DNA from: Pristiophorus japonicus
Taxonomy: Eukaryota
Direction: 5' to 3'
Length of the DNA stretch: 64,000 bases
NCBI RefSeq assembly: GCF_044704955.1
Contig: NC_091996.1
Location: forward strand, 72,974,001-73,038,000
Positions within the stretch are counted from its first letter, which is position 1; each line of letters starts with the position of its first letter. The notes under the pieces are model-generated. The model did not search any database. It was not told the DNA's origin and saw nothing but the letters and a program-made list of their open reading frames with translations. Position numbers and translations under genes: made by a program. This document shows positions 12,431-24,622 of the stretch, piece by piece.

Positions 12431-12959
12431 CCGGCTTTTCCGATGCCATCCTAGGTCCGTAGAAACTCTGTACAGACCTGGGGAGGCCGCAATTTCTGGG
12501 CCATTGTGTCACTGTGAGATGAGCAAGTGACTCTCTTTTCTATACTCAACTGGTGAATGGTCTCTCCCAGTGTGACTGTATCCATGAGTTTCCGCCTCAG
12601 ACGGGCAACTGAATCCATTCCCACAGTCAACAACAACAACTTGCATCTATATAGCACCTATAATGTAGGAAAGAAATGACCTTCGGAATTCTCCCCAGTA
12701 TCCTGGCCAATATTTATCCCTCAACCAACATCACAAAAAACAGATTAAATGGACATTATCACATTGATGTGGTGGTAGATGCTGTGCACAATTTGGCTGC
12801 CGCATTTCCTACATTACAACAGTACTTGATTGGCTGTAAACCATTTTGGCACTATATAAATGCAAATCAATCTACCTTTTCTATTTTCTCGCAGCCGATT
12901 GTCTCTGAGGTAAATTTATTCCAACAATCTCAATAACAAGTGTTCCTTTTACCCAGGTA

Positions 12960-14590
12960 TTTACGTAGTTACCGAAGAAGGCGACTTCGCCAAAGCTACG
13001 GTCAACGAGGAGGTTGCTGGTATACTGGATCAGATCAAAATAGATAGAGAAGATACGAGAAAGGTGGATTGCTTAAAGTGAATAAGTCACACGGTCCAAA
13101 TGGGAAGCATACTAGGTTACCGAGGTAAGTAAGGGTAGAAACAGCAGAGGTGCTGACCACAATTTTCCAATCCAGAGGACTGGAGAATTGCAAATGTTAC
13201 ACACTTGTTCGAAAAGAGAGAAAGATAAATCTGGCAATTACAGGGCAGTCAGTTTAACGTCGGTGATGGGGAAGCTTTTAGCAACAATAATCCAGGAGAA
13301 AGATAACAGCCACTTGGACAAGATGAACTAATGAAGGAGAGCCAGCATGGATTTGTTAAGGGCAAATCATGTTTGAGTAACTTGATTGAGTTTTTTGATG
13401 CAGTAACAGAGAGAGTGGATGAGGGCAGTACAGTTTATGTTGTGCATATGGACTTTCAAAGTGCATTTGATAAAGTACCATATAATATCTTGTTAGCAAA
13501 ATTGAAGCCCATGGGATAAAAGGGGCAGTTGCAGCATGGATACAAAAGTGGCCAAGGGATCAAAATAAAGTTGTGGTGCATCGCTATTTTTGGACTGGAG
13601 GGAGGAATACAATGGTGTTCCCCAGGATTCAGTACTAGGACCACTGCTGTTTGATATACATTAATGACTTGGACTTGGGGGTACAGGGCACAATTTTGAA
13701 ATTTGCAGATGACGCAAAACTTGGAAGTATCGTAGAGTAAACATTGAGGAAGATAGTAATAGATTTCAAGAGGATAGAGACAGGCTGGTGGAATGGGTAG
13801 ACATGTGGCAGATGAAATTCAACACAGTAAAGTGTGAGCTGATACATTTTGGTAGATGAATAAGGAGAGACCATACAAACTAAATGGTTGTAAGGATTTT
13901 AAGGAGGTGCAAGAACAGAGAGACCTGGGGGTGTTTGTACACAATTATTTGAAGGTGGCAGAACAAGTTAACAAAACAGTTAATAAAGTACTTGGGAGCC
14001 TGGGCTTTATACATAGAGGCATTGAGTACAAAAGCCAGGAGGTTCTGCTAAACCGATATAAAACACTAGTTCGGCCTCAGCTGGAATATTGTGTCCAATT
14101 CTGGGCACCACACTTTAAGAAGGATGTGAAGGCTTTGGAGAGGGTACAGGAGAGATTTACTAGAATGATTCCTTGGGATAAGGGATTACAGTTACATGGG
14201 GAGACTGGAGAAGCTGGGGTTGCTCTCCTTACAGCAGATAGGGTTAAGAGGAGATTTGACAGAGGTGTTCAAAATCATGATCAGTTCGGATAGAGTAAAT
14301 AAGGAGCAATTGTTTGGAGTGGCAGAAGGGTCAGTAACTAGAGAAACAGATTAAAGATTCAAAGGTGACTTGAGGAAACACAGTGAGTTGTTGTGACCTG
14401 GAATGCACTGCCTGCAATTGTGGTGGAAGCAGATTGAAGAGCAACATTTGAAAGAGAATTGGATAAATACTGGAAGGGAAAACATTTGCAGTTATGGGGA
14501 AAGAGCAGGGCAGTGGGATTAAACGGATCACTCTTTCAAACAGCCAGGACACATGATATCCTCCTGTACTGTATCATTCTATGAAATGGT
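12960..14590 (+). mobile_element. 5'-truncated degenerate CR1
   Basis: QHGFVKGKSCLSNL, KFADD and RPQLEYCVQFW motifs. Confidence 0.88.
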
Positions 14591-14624
14591 GACTGGTCAG
14601 GGAGCGTCTGTAAAGGTGCCGTTC

Positions 14625-15130
14625 TAGTAAATCTCTTCTGCACCCTCAGGCCTTGACATCCTTGCTAAAGTGTGGTGCCCAGAATTGTACACAACACTCC
14701 AGCTGAGGCCTAACAACTGTTTTATAAAGGTTTAGCATAATATCCTTGCTTTTGCACTCTATTCCGCGATTAATAAAGCCAAGGATCCCATATGCCCTTT
14801 TAACAGCCTTCCCACCTTCAAAAATTTGTGTACATGCACCCCCAGGTCTCTGTTCCTACATCCCCATTAAAATGGTCCCATCTACTTCATACTGCCTCTC
14901 ATTCTCCAGTACACCATTCACCACCACTCTGCTTTCTGTCCCTTAGCCAATATCATTGCACTCATTCTGTGCTATGCCTTTTCCAAGGCCAACATATTTT
15001 CCCGGAGGTTTGTTGCCCAGTTCTCCAGATGGGGTCTGACCAAGGCTCTATACAACTGGAGCATCACTTCTATATTCCAACCCCGCGAGATAAAGGCCAA
15101 CAATCCACTAGCCTTCTTGATTACTGTCAG
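14625..15130 (-). mobile_element. CR1 RT fragments
   Basis: Reverse strand encodes the RPQLE..VQFWAPHF region. Confidence 0.6.
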
Positions 15131-15855
15131 GATGTAGAAGGTATTTACAATGAATTCAAGGGGCCCTTACATTTCTGATCTTTCTTTATTCCATCCACTC
15201 GAGGAGTTAGATAACAGACTATCTCCTGTGAATACAGAGCTGGATTATTGGGCCGGCATGTGTTTACTTGTTTGTCTTTTGTTTAATTTGCTGAGTGGAT
15301 TTAAATTTAAAACCAGGTTTGCAGGCGAGATGCTCTATTCACACATCAAAGGTGAGAGAGATGCTGCCAGGCGCACGCTAAGCCCAGTCGCTGAAAGTGA
15401 TTAACAAACTGGGTTTTGTGTTTAGTGATCCCGGGCATGTTTCCAACACCTTCCCTGGATACCAAGGCTAGGAGAGATACGGGCAGATGGCACTTGTCCA
15501 TGTGAGTAACCCAAGGTCTGAGAACTGAAACAATCTAGAGTTAGAAAGGAGCAAAAGCACAAATGATCAGTAACTAGGACATCAATCAGTCTCTTACCTT
15601 GAAGACATCAAGTAGTTGACATGCTGAGTTTGAAACAAAGCTGATTTATTTAACATATATCTGGAATATTAAACTCCAGCCCAATTATAGACATTATTAA
15701 CATCAGCAGAATCAAATCCCAAACTGCCAGACAGAACATGTGCTGCTGAAACCCCCATCCATGCCCTTGTTACCTTGAGACCCAACTATTCCAATGCTTT
15801 CCTGGCCCACCTCCCACACTGCACCCTCCCTAAACTGGAGCTCATCCAAAGCTCT

Positions 15856-16125
15856 GCTGCCCGTATCCTAACTAGTACCAGGTCCCGCTCACCCATCACC
15901 CCTGTGCTCGCTGCCCATTTCCTAACTAGTACCAGGTCCCGCTCACCCATCACCCCTGTGCTCGCTGCCCGTATCCTAACTAGTACCAGGTCCCGCTCAC
16001 CCATCACCCCTGTGCTCGCTGCCCGTATCCTAACTAGTACCAGATCCCGCTCACCCATCACCCCTGTGCTCGCTGACCGTATCCTAACTAGTACCAGGTC
16101 CCGCTCACCTATCACCCCTGTGCTC
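15856..16125 (+). repeat. 54-bp tandem repeat x5 inside the L2
   Basis: AARILTSTRSRSPITPVL-type unit repeated five times; single copy in the 46.3 kb paralog. Confidence 0.92.
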
Positions 16126-16234
16126 GCTGACCTACATTGGCTCCTGGTCCAGCAATGCCTCAATTCTAAAATTCTCATCTTTGTTTTCAAATCCCTCCAT
16201 GGCCTCGCCCCTCATTATCTCTGTAACCTCCTCC

Positions 16235-17244
16235 TGTGTTTGAAGACCAGGCCCACAAAACTGCCATCAAACTCATTGTCTACAGGGTTGTAGTAATACC
16301 CACCCTCCTGTATGGCTCAGAGACATGGACCATGTACAGTAGATGTTATATATGCATACTACAGATATACTCTCTGTATAGTCACTGTATCATTGCATAA
16401 GATAGAGACTTGTTTACCGGAGGTACCATCAACAAGGTTCACACTGTATACACTATGCTGGCACCACCAGAGGGTGCAACTGGTGGAGGCCCAGCGGTTA
16501 CCTGTACACCACAGATACCCAGGTATAAAAGGAAGTCCACCATGTGGTATCCTCACTCTGGAGTTACATTAAATAGACTAAGGTCACTACAGTTCAAGTG
16601 CAATACTTTGCCTCGTGGAGTCATTATCAGAGCATCTAAAGACATAACAGTAGAAACCTCAATTCGCTGGAGAAATACCACCAATGATGTCTCCGCAAGA
16701 TCCTACAAATCCCCTGGGAGGACAGACGCACCAACATTAGCGTCCTCGACCAGGCCAACATCTCCAGCATTGAAGCACTGACCACACTTGACCAACTCTG
16801 CAGGGCAGGCCACATTGTTCGCCTGCCAGACACGAGACTCCCAAAGCAAGCGCTCTACTCGGAACTCCTTCACGGCAAACGAGCCAAAGGTGGGCAGAGG
16901 AAACGTTACAAGGACACCCTCAAAGCCTCCCTGATAAAGTGCAAAATCCCCACTGACACCTGGGAGTCCTTGGCCAAAGACCGCCCTAAGTGGAGGAAGT
17001 GCATCCGGGAGGGCGCTGAGCACCTCGAGTCTCATCGCCAAGAGCATGCAGAAACCAAGCGCAGGCAGCAGAAAGAGCGTGCGGCAAACCAGTCCCACCC
17101 ACCCCTTCCCTCAACAGCTTTCTGTCCCACCTATGACAGGGTCTGTGGTTCTCGTATTGGACTGTTCAGCCACCTAAGGACTCATTCTAAGAGTGGAAGC
17201 AAGTCTTCCTCGATTCCGAAGGATTGCCTATGATGATGATGATG
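16235..17244 (+). mobile_element. 5'-truncated RTE-clade LINE
   Basis: 10-bp TSD AACCTCCTCC at 16225-34 and 17245-54; (TGA)n tail; C-terminal DRPKWRK...SRIGLFSHLRTH. Confidence 0.9.
16344..16649 (+). mobile_element. Solo LTR, 306 bp
   Basis: TGTTAT...ATAACA termini; 5-bp TSD GTAGA; internal TATAAAA and ATTAAA. Confidence 0.88.
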
Positions 17245-17463
17245 AACCTCCTCCAGCCCCATAACTCTCTGAGATATCTGCGCTCCTCCAATTCTAGCCT
17301 CTTGTGTATCCCTGATTTTAATCTCTCCACCATGGGCTCTGGAAGTTCTGGAATTCCCTCCCTAATCCTCTCCAACTCTCTACCTCTCTTTCATCCTTCA
17401 AGACCCCCTTTTAAACTTACCTCTGTGACCAAGCTATTGGTCACCTGTCCTCATAACTCACTA

Positions 17464-20013
17464 GGCTAGAAATTCAGCAACATACCACCCATTTACTGCC
17501 GAATTACCGCGGAGAAACAGTTTACTGCCCAAATGACAGTCAAACTCGAAATTACCACCCATCTATCGCCGGCGGTAAATTCAACACTAAACGATACCGC
17601 CCTCCCATTTTCTTCTACGTATTTCGCCGTCATATTTCGCACAACGCCCAAATACCGGGAATAGCGCTGGAAGGTTTATTGAAGATCATTATGTGCTCAA
17701 TGAGCTCACAAACCTCTGAGGAGGAGGAGGCCTTACTTCCAACGAATTTACAGGGAGAAGCGGTCATAGCTGCACCTGTTCGATACAGTGCGTTAGAAGG
17801 CTGCGCTTCCGAAAAGTGGTCATTAATGCGATATGCCAGCTCATTAAGGCAGAACAGGACTATACTGCCCGTCGAGGTGAAGGTGACTGCGGCACTTGCT
17901 TTCTATGCATCGGGCTCCTTTCAGGCATCAGCTGGCAACATATGCTGCATCTCTCAGCACGCCACACATCGCGGCATTCGCTAGGTAACTGAAGCGCTTT
18001 ACGCATGCAGGATGGACTTTATAAACTTCCCAATGACCAGGGAGGCACAGAGTGAAAGGGCTTTGGGTTTTCATAAATTGCAAACTTCCCCATGAGCCAG
18101 GATGCCATAGACTGTATGCAGATCACCCTGCGAGCACCTTTAGGGGAACCAGAGGTGTACAGAAACTGAAAGGGATTCCACTCCCTGAACGTGCAGCTCC
18201 TCGTCGACCACACGCAATACATCATGGCAGTAAATGCCAATTTTCCAGGGAGGATCCATGATGCATACACCTTGCGTGAGAGCACTGTCCTGTTAAACAG
18301 TGACCTGTTTAAGAGTCAGCCATAAGGTCACTGCTGGATGCTGGGGGACAAAGGATACGGCCTTGCCACCTGACTTTTGACACCCCTCCATAAGCCTCAG
18401 ACAGATGCTGAGCATCGCTACAATAACAGCCACATAGCCACACGCAATATCATCGAAAAGACAATTGGAGTGCTGAAGTAGCGCTTCCGACCTGGACCAC
18501 TCTGGAGGCAGCCTGCAATACCACGCTGATCAGGTCGCTGAGTTCACTGTGGTGTGTTGCATGTTGCACAACTTAGCCATACTGAAGGGACAGGAATTGC
18601 CACAGGGGACTGCAGGACCACCTCAGGAAAGAGGGGAGGAGGAGGTCAAAGAGGACGATAAACCTGGCGATGAACCCATGCCACCATCCCCCCCACCCCG
18701 AACACCACCGAGGAAGCCTTGTGGTGCTTTCACAACTGCAAAACTGCTATGTCAGCAGCTCATAAATGAATGCTTTGCTTGAACGGTGAGAGTTACGTTT
18801 CACCCTTGCCTGGCCATTGTAAGCAACCCTTATAATGATTGTTACCCCTCATTTGGTAAAAGTGAGTGAGACACTGCACAAAAATGGTTCAGTTGAATAA
18901 AATATTTTTATAAATTTCGAAATTTTGAAGAAGTTTGTAATAAAATAATAATTATTTTTCCATTATAATGTGATAAATAAAATTATTTCTTTTAGAACTG
19001 TAACAAAACCCAAACATTAACAACAAACAGTAAAAACTACAAACACCCCCCACCCTGTACCATCTGTGGCCACCATTCCCACTGCCTTTATCCCCAACTT
19101 CACCTTACCCCCAATTGCTTCTTCGCGTTGCCCCTACAGTTACCCCTGCCCCTACCCGGGTTGGGACCACGGCGTTGTGCAGTACAGCACCTTGAGCACT
19201 GCTGCTGGGGGGGGGCGACAATGGCAGCACCATGTGTGGGGGTTCTGGACAAGCTCGGAGTTCTGAAGACCCAGCTTCAGAGTTGGAAGCAATTAATTCC
19301 TCCCGCCTCTCGGGTACTATCACCATCGGTGGTATGACACCTTGGGGTGCAGTACCATATGCCGATTCCATTGATTGCTGCATGGCAGTGACAGAATCAG
19401 CAGTTCGCACTTCCATCCCGGGTCAATTGACCACATCATGCCTCCACCTCATGGACCAGACCCTCTTGGGCTTCCCACGAAATACTTTTTGCCCTCTTCC
19501 TTCCCCCTACCTCTCTTTCAATCTCCCTCTCTCCTTCTCGCTCATTATTTGACTTTGAAAATGTTCAAAAATTATGCAAAGTATACAAATTAATGAGGAC
19601 TATTTAAAATAAATTCAAAAAAAGATGTCCAGAAATCGCTAATTACAGTTTTAAAGTGTTGTAGTATCTCTGCTGCTAGACGACAAATCTATACAATCTC
19701 CTCCCTCTCTCTCTCTCCCTCCTCCTTCTGTGCATGTGCAGGTGACCCCTGACCCCGAATTGCGGTAAAAATAATGTCTGAGGAAAAATAAGTTTGCGCA
19801 TGCGCAGAAGGGCTGTGTTCCTGGATGCCAGCTTTACACGGGCAAAAAAACCACCACCACCCGACACTTACCGCTACCACCGGCCAAATATTACCAAAAC
19901 TAGCGGCTTTGGTTCTTAGCAGGATTCCGCCGGTACTCGAAATACGATCTGCGTTTACCACCAGAATACCGCTGAGATATGGGCGTTACCGGTAAATATG
20001 GAATTTCTAGTCC
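17464..20013 (+). mobile_element. PIF/Harbinger DNA transposon, decayed
   Basis: TIR core CTAGAAATTC (17466-75) / GAATTTCTAG (20001-10); absent from the 46.0 kb paralog; TSD not clean. Confidence 0.85.
17830..18782 (+). pseudogene. HARBI1-like DDE transposase remnant
   Basis: [35 protein letters not shown] and CCMLHNLA motifs broken by stops and frameshifts. Confidence 0.88.
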
Positions 20014-20151
20014 CTTCTGTGACTCGGTGTCAAATTCTGTTATATAACGCTCCTGTGCAGTGCCTTAGGCCATTATCCGATGTTAAAGGCACTATATAAA
20101 TGCAAGCTGTTGTTGTTGGATGTGATTAACAGCAAAATCCAACCCCTGAAA

Positions 20152-20910
<759 letters not shown>

Positions 20911-21863
20911 TTAAGTGATTGTGTAAGATATTGACGAGATGTTTGGTTTGAGCTTCCCATCTGCAAATCTTCACCTTCTAATAACCTGTGAAAGGAGTTT
21001 ACAAAAGTTATCACTGTAAATACAAGATATTCAGAACAGACAATTGTAGTGTCTATAGAACATTCTTTCCCCTTTTGTTCCCCAAAGCTGTAAATCTCCC
21101 ATCCGACACGCTCCTCCCACTTTCTGCTCATTGTGAGAGATTCGTCACCTACATAAGAACATAAGAATTAGGAACAGGAGTAGGCCATCGAGCCCGTCGA
21201 GCCTGCTCCGCCATTCAAAAAGATCATTGCTGATCTGGCCATGGACTCAGCTCCACTTACCCGCTCGCTCCCCGTAACCCTTAATTCCCTTATTGGTTAA
21301 AAATCTATCTATCTGTGATTTAAATACATTCAATGAGCTAGCCTCAACTGCTTCCTTGGGCAGAGAATTCCACAGATTCACAACCCTCTGGGAGAAGAAA
21401 TTCCTTCTCAACTCGGTTTTAAATTGGCTCCCCCGTATTTTGAGGCTGTGCCCCCTAGTTCTAGTCTCCCCGACCAGTGGAAACAATCTCTCTGCCTCTA
21501 TCTTGTCTATCCCTTTCATTATTTTAAATGTTTCTATAAGATCACACCTCATCCTTCTGAACTCCAACGAGTAAAGACCCAGTCTACTCAATCTATCATC
21601 ATAAGGTAACCCCCTCATCTCCGGAATCAGCCTAGTGAATCGTCTCTGTACCCCCTCCAAAGCTAGTATATCCTTCCTTAAGTATGGTGACCAAAACTGC
21701 ACGCAGTACTCCAGGTGCGGCCTCACCAATACCCTATATAGTTGCAGCAGGACCTCCCTGCTTTTGTACTCCATCCCTCTCGCAATGAAGGCCAACATTC
21801 CATTCGCCTTCCTGATTACCTGCTGCACCTGCAAACTAACTTTTGGGGATTCATGCACAAGGA

Positions 21864-22231
21864 TGTCCTTGGAGATGGAGCACGCGGTGTCCACCGGTAC
21901 GCTCGCGGCCTTCCGCGAGAGGTGGGCACCGGAGGGACTGGAGTGCATCATCACGCCCGGCAACCAAATTTTAATTTGATTTTACGTTTTAAAGTTAATT
22001 TGTTTTAATTGCCGGTGCTTTTAGTGTCCCCTTCCCTTTTATAGGGGGCACTGGGGAAAAATTGTGATTTTAGTGCCCAAAAAAAAAAAAAACAAAAAAA
22101 AAAGAAAAGAAAAAAAAAAAACACAAAAAAGGAGGAAAAAAAAAAATGGGCCTTGTAAATGTCTGGAGTGTCACCCAGGTCGGGTGGCACCGTTTAATGT
22201 TTTATGTTTTCACAGATAAACTCAAAAGAGT
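21864..22231 (+). mobile_element. Tx1-like non-LTR 3' fragment, copy 1
   Basis: Encodes SLEMEHAVSTGTLAAFRERWAPEGLECIITPGNQILI*; flanked by TTCATGCACAAGGA at 21850-63 and 22232-45. Tx1 assignment is from recalled similarity of the C-terminus. Confidence 0.8.
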
Positions 22232-22245
22232 TTCATGCACAAGGA

Positions 22246-22585
22246 TGTCCTTGGAGATGGAGCACGCGGTGTCCACCGGTACGCTCGCGGCCTTCCGCGA
22301 GAGGTGGGCACCGGAGGGACTGAAGTGCATCATCACGCCCGGCAACCAAATTTTAATTTGATTTTACGTTTTAAAGTTTAATTTGTTTTCATTGCCGGTG
22401 CTTTTAGTGTCCCCCTCCCCTTTTATAGGGGGCACTGGGAAAATTTGATTTTAGCGCCCCCAAAAAAAAAAAAAAATAAATAAATTAAAAAAAAAAAAAA
22501 GGGGCCTTGAAAATGTCTGCTGTGTCACCCAGGTCGGGTGGCATGGTCTTAATGTTTTATGTTTTGCAGGTAAACTCAAAAGAGT
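22246..22585 (+). mobile_element. Tx1-like non-LTR 3' fragment, copy 2
   Basis: Same 5' end as copy 1, diverged UTR; flanked by the same 14-mer at 22232-45 and 22586-99. Confidence 0.8.
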
Positions 22586-23616
22586 TTCATGCACAAGGAA
22601 CCCCAGGTCCCTCTGCACCACAGCATGTTGTAATTTCTCCCCATTCAAATAATGTTCCCTTTTACTGTTTTTTTTTCAAGGTGGATGACCTCACATTTTC
22701 CAACATTGTATTCCATCTGCCAGACCTTAGCCCATTCGCTTAACCTATCCAAATCTCTTTGCAGCCTCTCTCTGTCTTCTGCACAACCCGCTTTCCCACT
22801 AATCTTTGTGTCATCTGCAAATTTTGTTTACACTACACTCTGTCCCCTCTTCTAGGTCATCTCTGTATATTGTAAACAGTTGTGGTCCCAGCACCAATCC
22901 CTGTGGCACACCACTAACCACCGACTGCCAACTTGAAAAGGACCCATTCATCCCGACTCTCTGCTTTCTGTTAGCCAGCCAATTCTCTATCCATGCTAAT
23001 ACATTTCCTCTGACTCCGCGTACCTCTATCTTCTGCAGTAACCTTTTGTGTGGAACCTTATCGAATGTCTTTTGGAAATCCAAATACACCACATCCATCG
23101 GTACACCTCTATCCACCATGCTCATTATATCCTCAAAGAATTCCAGTAAATTAGTTAAACATGATTTCCCTTTCATGAATCCATGTTGTGTCTGCTTGAT
23201 TGCACTATTCCTATCTAGATGTCCCGCTATTTCTTCCTTAATGATAGTTTAAAGCATTTTCCCCACTACAGATGTTAAACTAACCAGCCTATAGTTACCT
23301 GCCTTTTGCCTGCCCCCTTTTTTAAACAGAGGCATTACATTAGCTGCTTTCCAATCCGCTGGTACCTCCCCAGAGTCTGGAGAATTTTGGTAGATTATAA
23401 CGAATGCATCTGCTATAACTTCCGCCATCTCTTTTAATACTCTGGGATGTATTTCATCAGGACCAGGGGACTTGTCTACCTTGAGTCCCATTAGCCTGTC
23501 CAGCACTACTTCCCTTGTGAAAGTGATTGTCTCAAGGTCCTCCCTTCCCACATTCCCGTGACCAGCAATTTTTGGCATGGTTTTTGTGCCTTCCACTGTG
23601 AAGACCAAAGCAAAAT

Positions 23617-24070
23617 TTACAGATGCTCCCTGACCAGTCCCCATTTATAGACATTTCCTGACCGGTCCCCATTTACAGACGCTCCCTGACCACTCCCCAT
23701 TTACAGACACTTCCTGACTGGTCCCCATTGAGATGCTCCCTGACCGGTCCCCACTGACCGACGCTCCCTGACCGGTCCCCACTGACAGACGCCCTCTGAC
23801 CGGTCCCCATTGACAGACGCCTCCTGACCGGTCCCCGTTGACAGACGCCTCCTGACCGGTCCCCGTTGACAGACGCCTCCTGACCAGTCCCCGTTGACAG
23901 ACGCCTCCTGACCGGTCCCCGTTGACAGACGCCTCCTGACCGGTCCTCGTTCACAGACGCTCCCTGACCGGTTTCCATTGACAGATGCTCCCTGAGCGGT
24001 TCCCATTGACAGACGCCCCCTGACTGGTCCCCATTGACAGGCGTTCCCCATTAACAGACGCTCCCTGACT
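23617..24070. repeat. 28-bp CpG-rich minisatellite, about 16 copies
   Basis: CCTGACCGGTCCCCGTTGACAGACGCCT-type unit at 23823, 23851 and 23879. Confidence 0.9.
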
Positions 24071-24622
24071 GTCGGGTTGTCCTGGAGTTTAGGCCGTAAC
24101 CTGGCACCAGTTGTGGGGAGGTGGATAATGTGGAGTTTGCTGTGGGGCCTGGGCCGCACTCTGTGTGTGAAGCCCGCCCGGGGTTAATTAACCCGCTCCC
24201 TCCGACCATCTCTCACCCGCTGTCGCCGCTCTGCCTCCTGGCCCCGCCCACTCGCCGCGCATGCTCAGCTCTGATCACCTCATTGATCCTCACACTCCGA
24301 TTGGTTGGAGGACCAACCGCCCGCTCGGTCCTCCAGACGCACCCCCGCTCTTCCTATTGGTCCGGAGCGGCCGTCACTCCCCCGAGCAGCGTGAACTGAG
24401 CATGCGCAGTCGGTGGGTGAGAGATGGGTGGAGGGTCAGAGCAAATTCCGCATTATCTGCTTCACACACACCCGCTGTGGGCGTCAGACCCCGAACAACA
24501 ATCTCCGGCTCCGGCCTTTACCCCGAGCGGGTCCCCGGGGGAGGGGCAGCTGCGGGATTTTCTCCCGGTGACAGGCCAGGGAACGGCCGCCATCTTGTTC
24601 GGTCAGGGGCAGCAGGACGCAT
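24070..24622 (+). promoter_or_regulatory. CpG-island ZNF promoter, inverted paralog of 43360-43880
   Basis: GC box, two ATTGG (CCAAT) boxes, GCATGCGCA NRF1-like motifs and a CCGCCATCTT YY1-like motif. Confidence 0.65.

Larger units (their letters stand above)
15745..20118 (+). mobile_element. L2-like LINE 3' end split by RTE and Harbinger insertions (pieces about 15745-16234, 17245-17460, 20015-20118)
   Basis: KLELIQSSAARILT..ITPVLADLHWL; tail TATATAAATGCAAG(TGT)n; uninterrupted paralog at 45930-46460(-). Confidence 0.8.
21151..23617 (-). mobile_element. 5'-truncated CR1 (TTCTTATG-tail subfamily) interrupted by Tx1-like inserts
   Basis: Very similar to 25160-26874; RT motifs. Confidence 0.92.

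Noticed and set aside
15775-16293. Repeat protein with 18-aa units
   Set aside because: Local tandem expansion inside a dead L2 fragment.
21247-21963. Chimeric 238-aa protein
   Set aside because: The N-terminus is antisense Tx1-like insert fused by chance to the CR1 RT C-terminus.
21850-22599. CRISPR-like repeat-spacer array
   Set aside because: The repeats are 14-bp TSDs, the intervening segments are homologous to each other, the context is eukaryotic and no cas genes are present.
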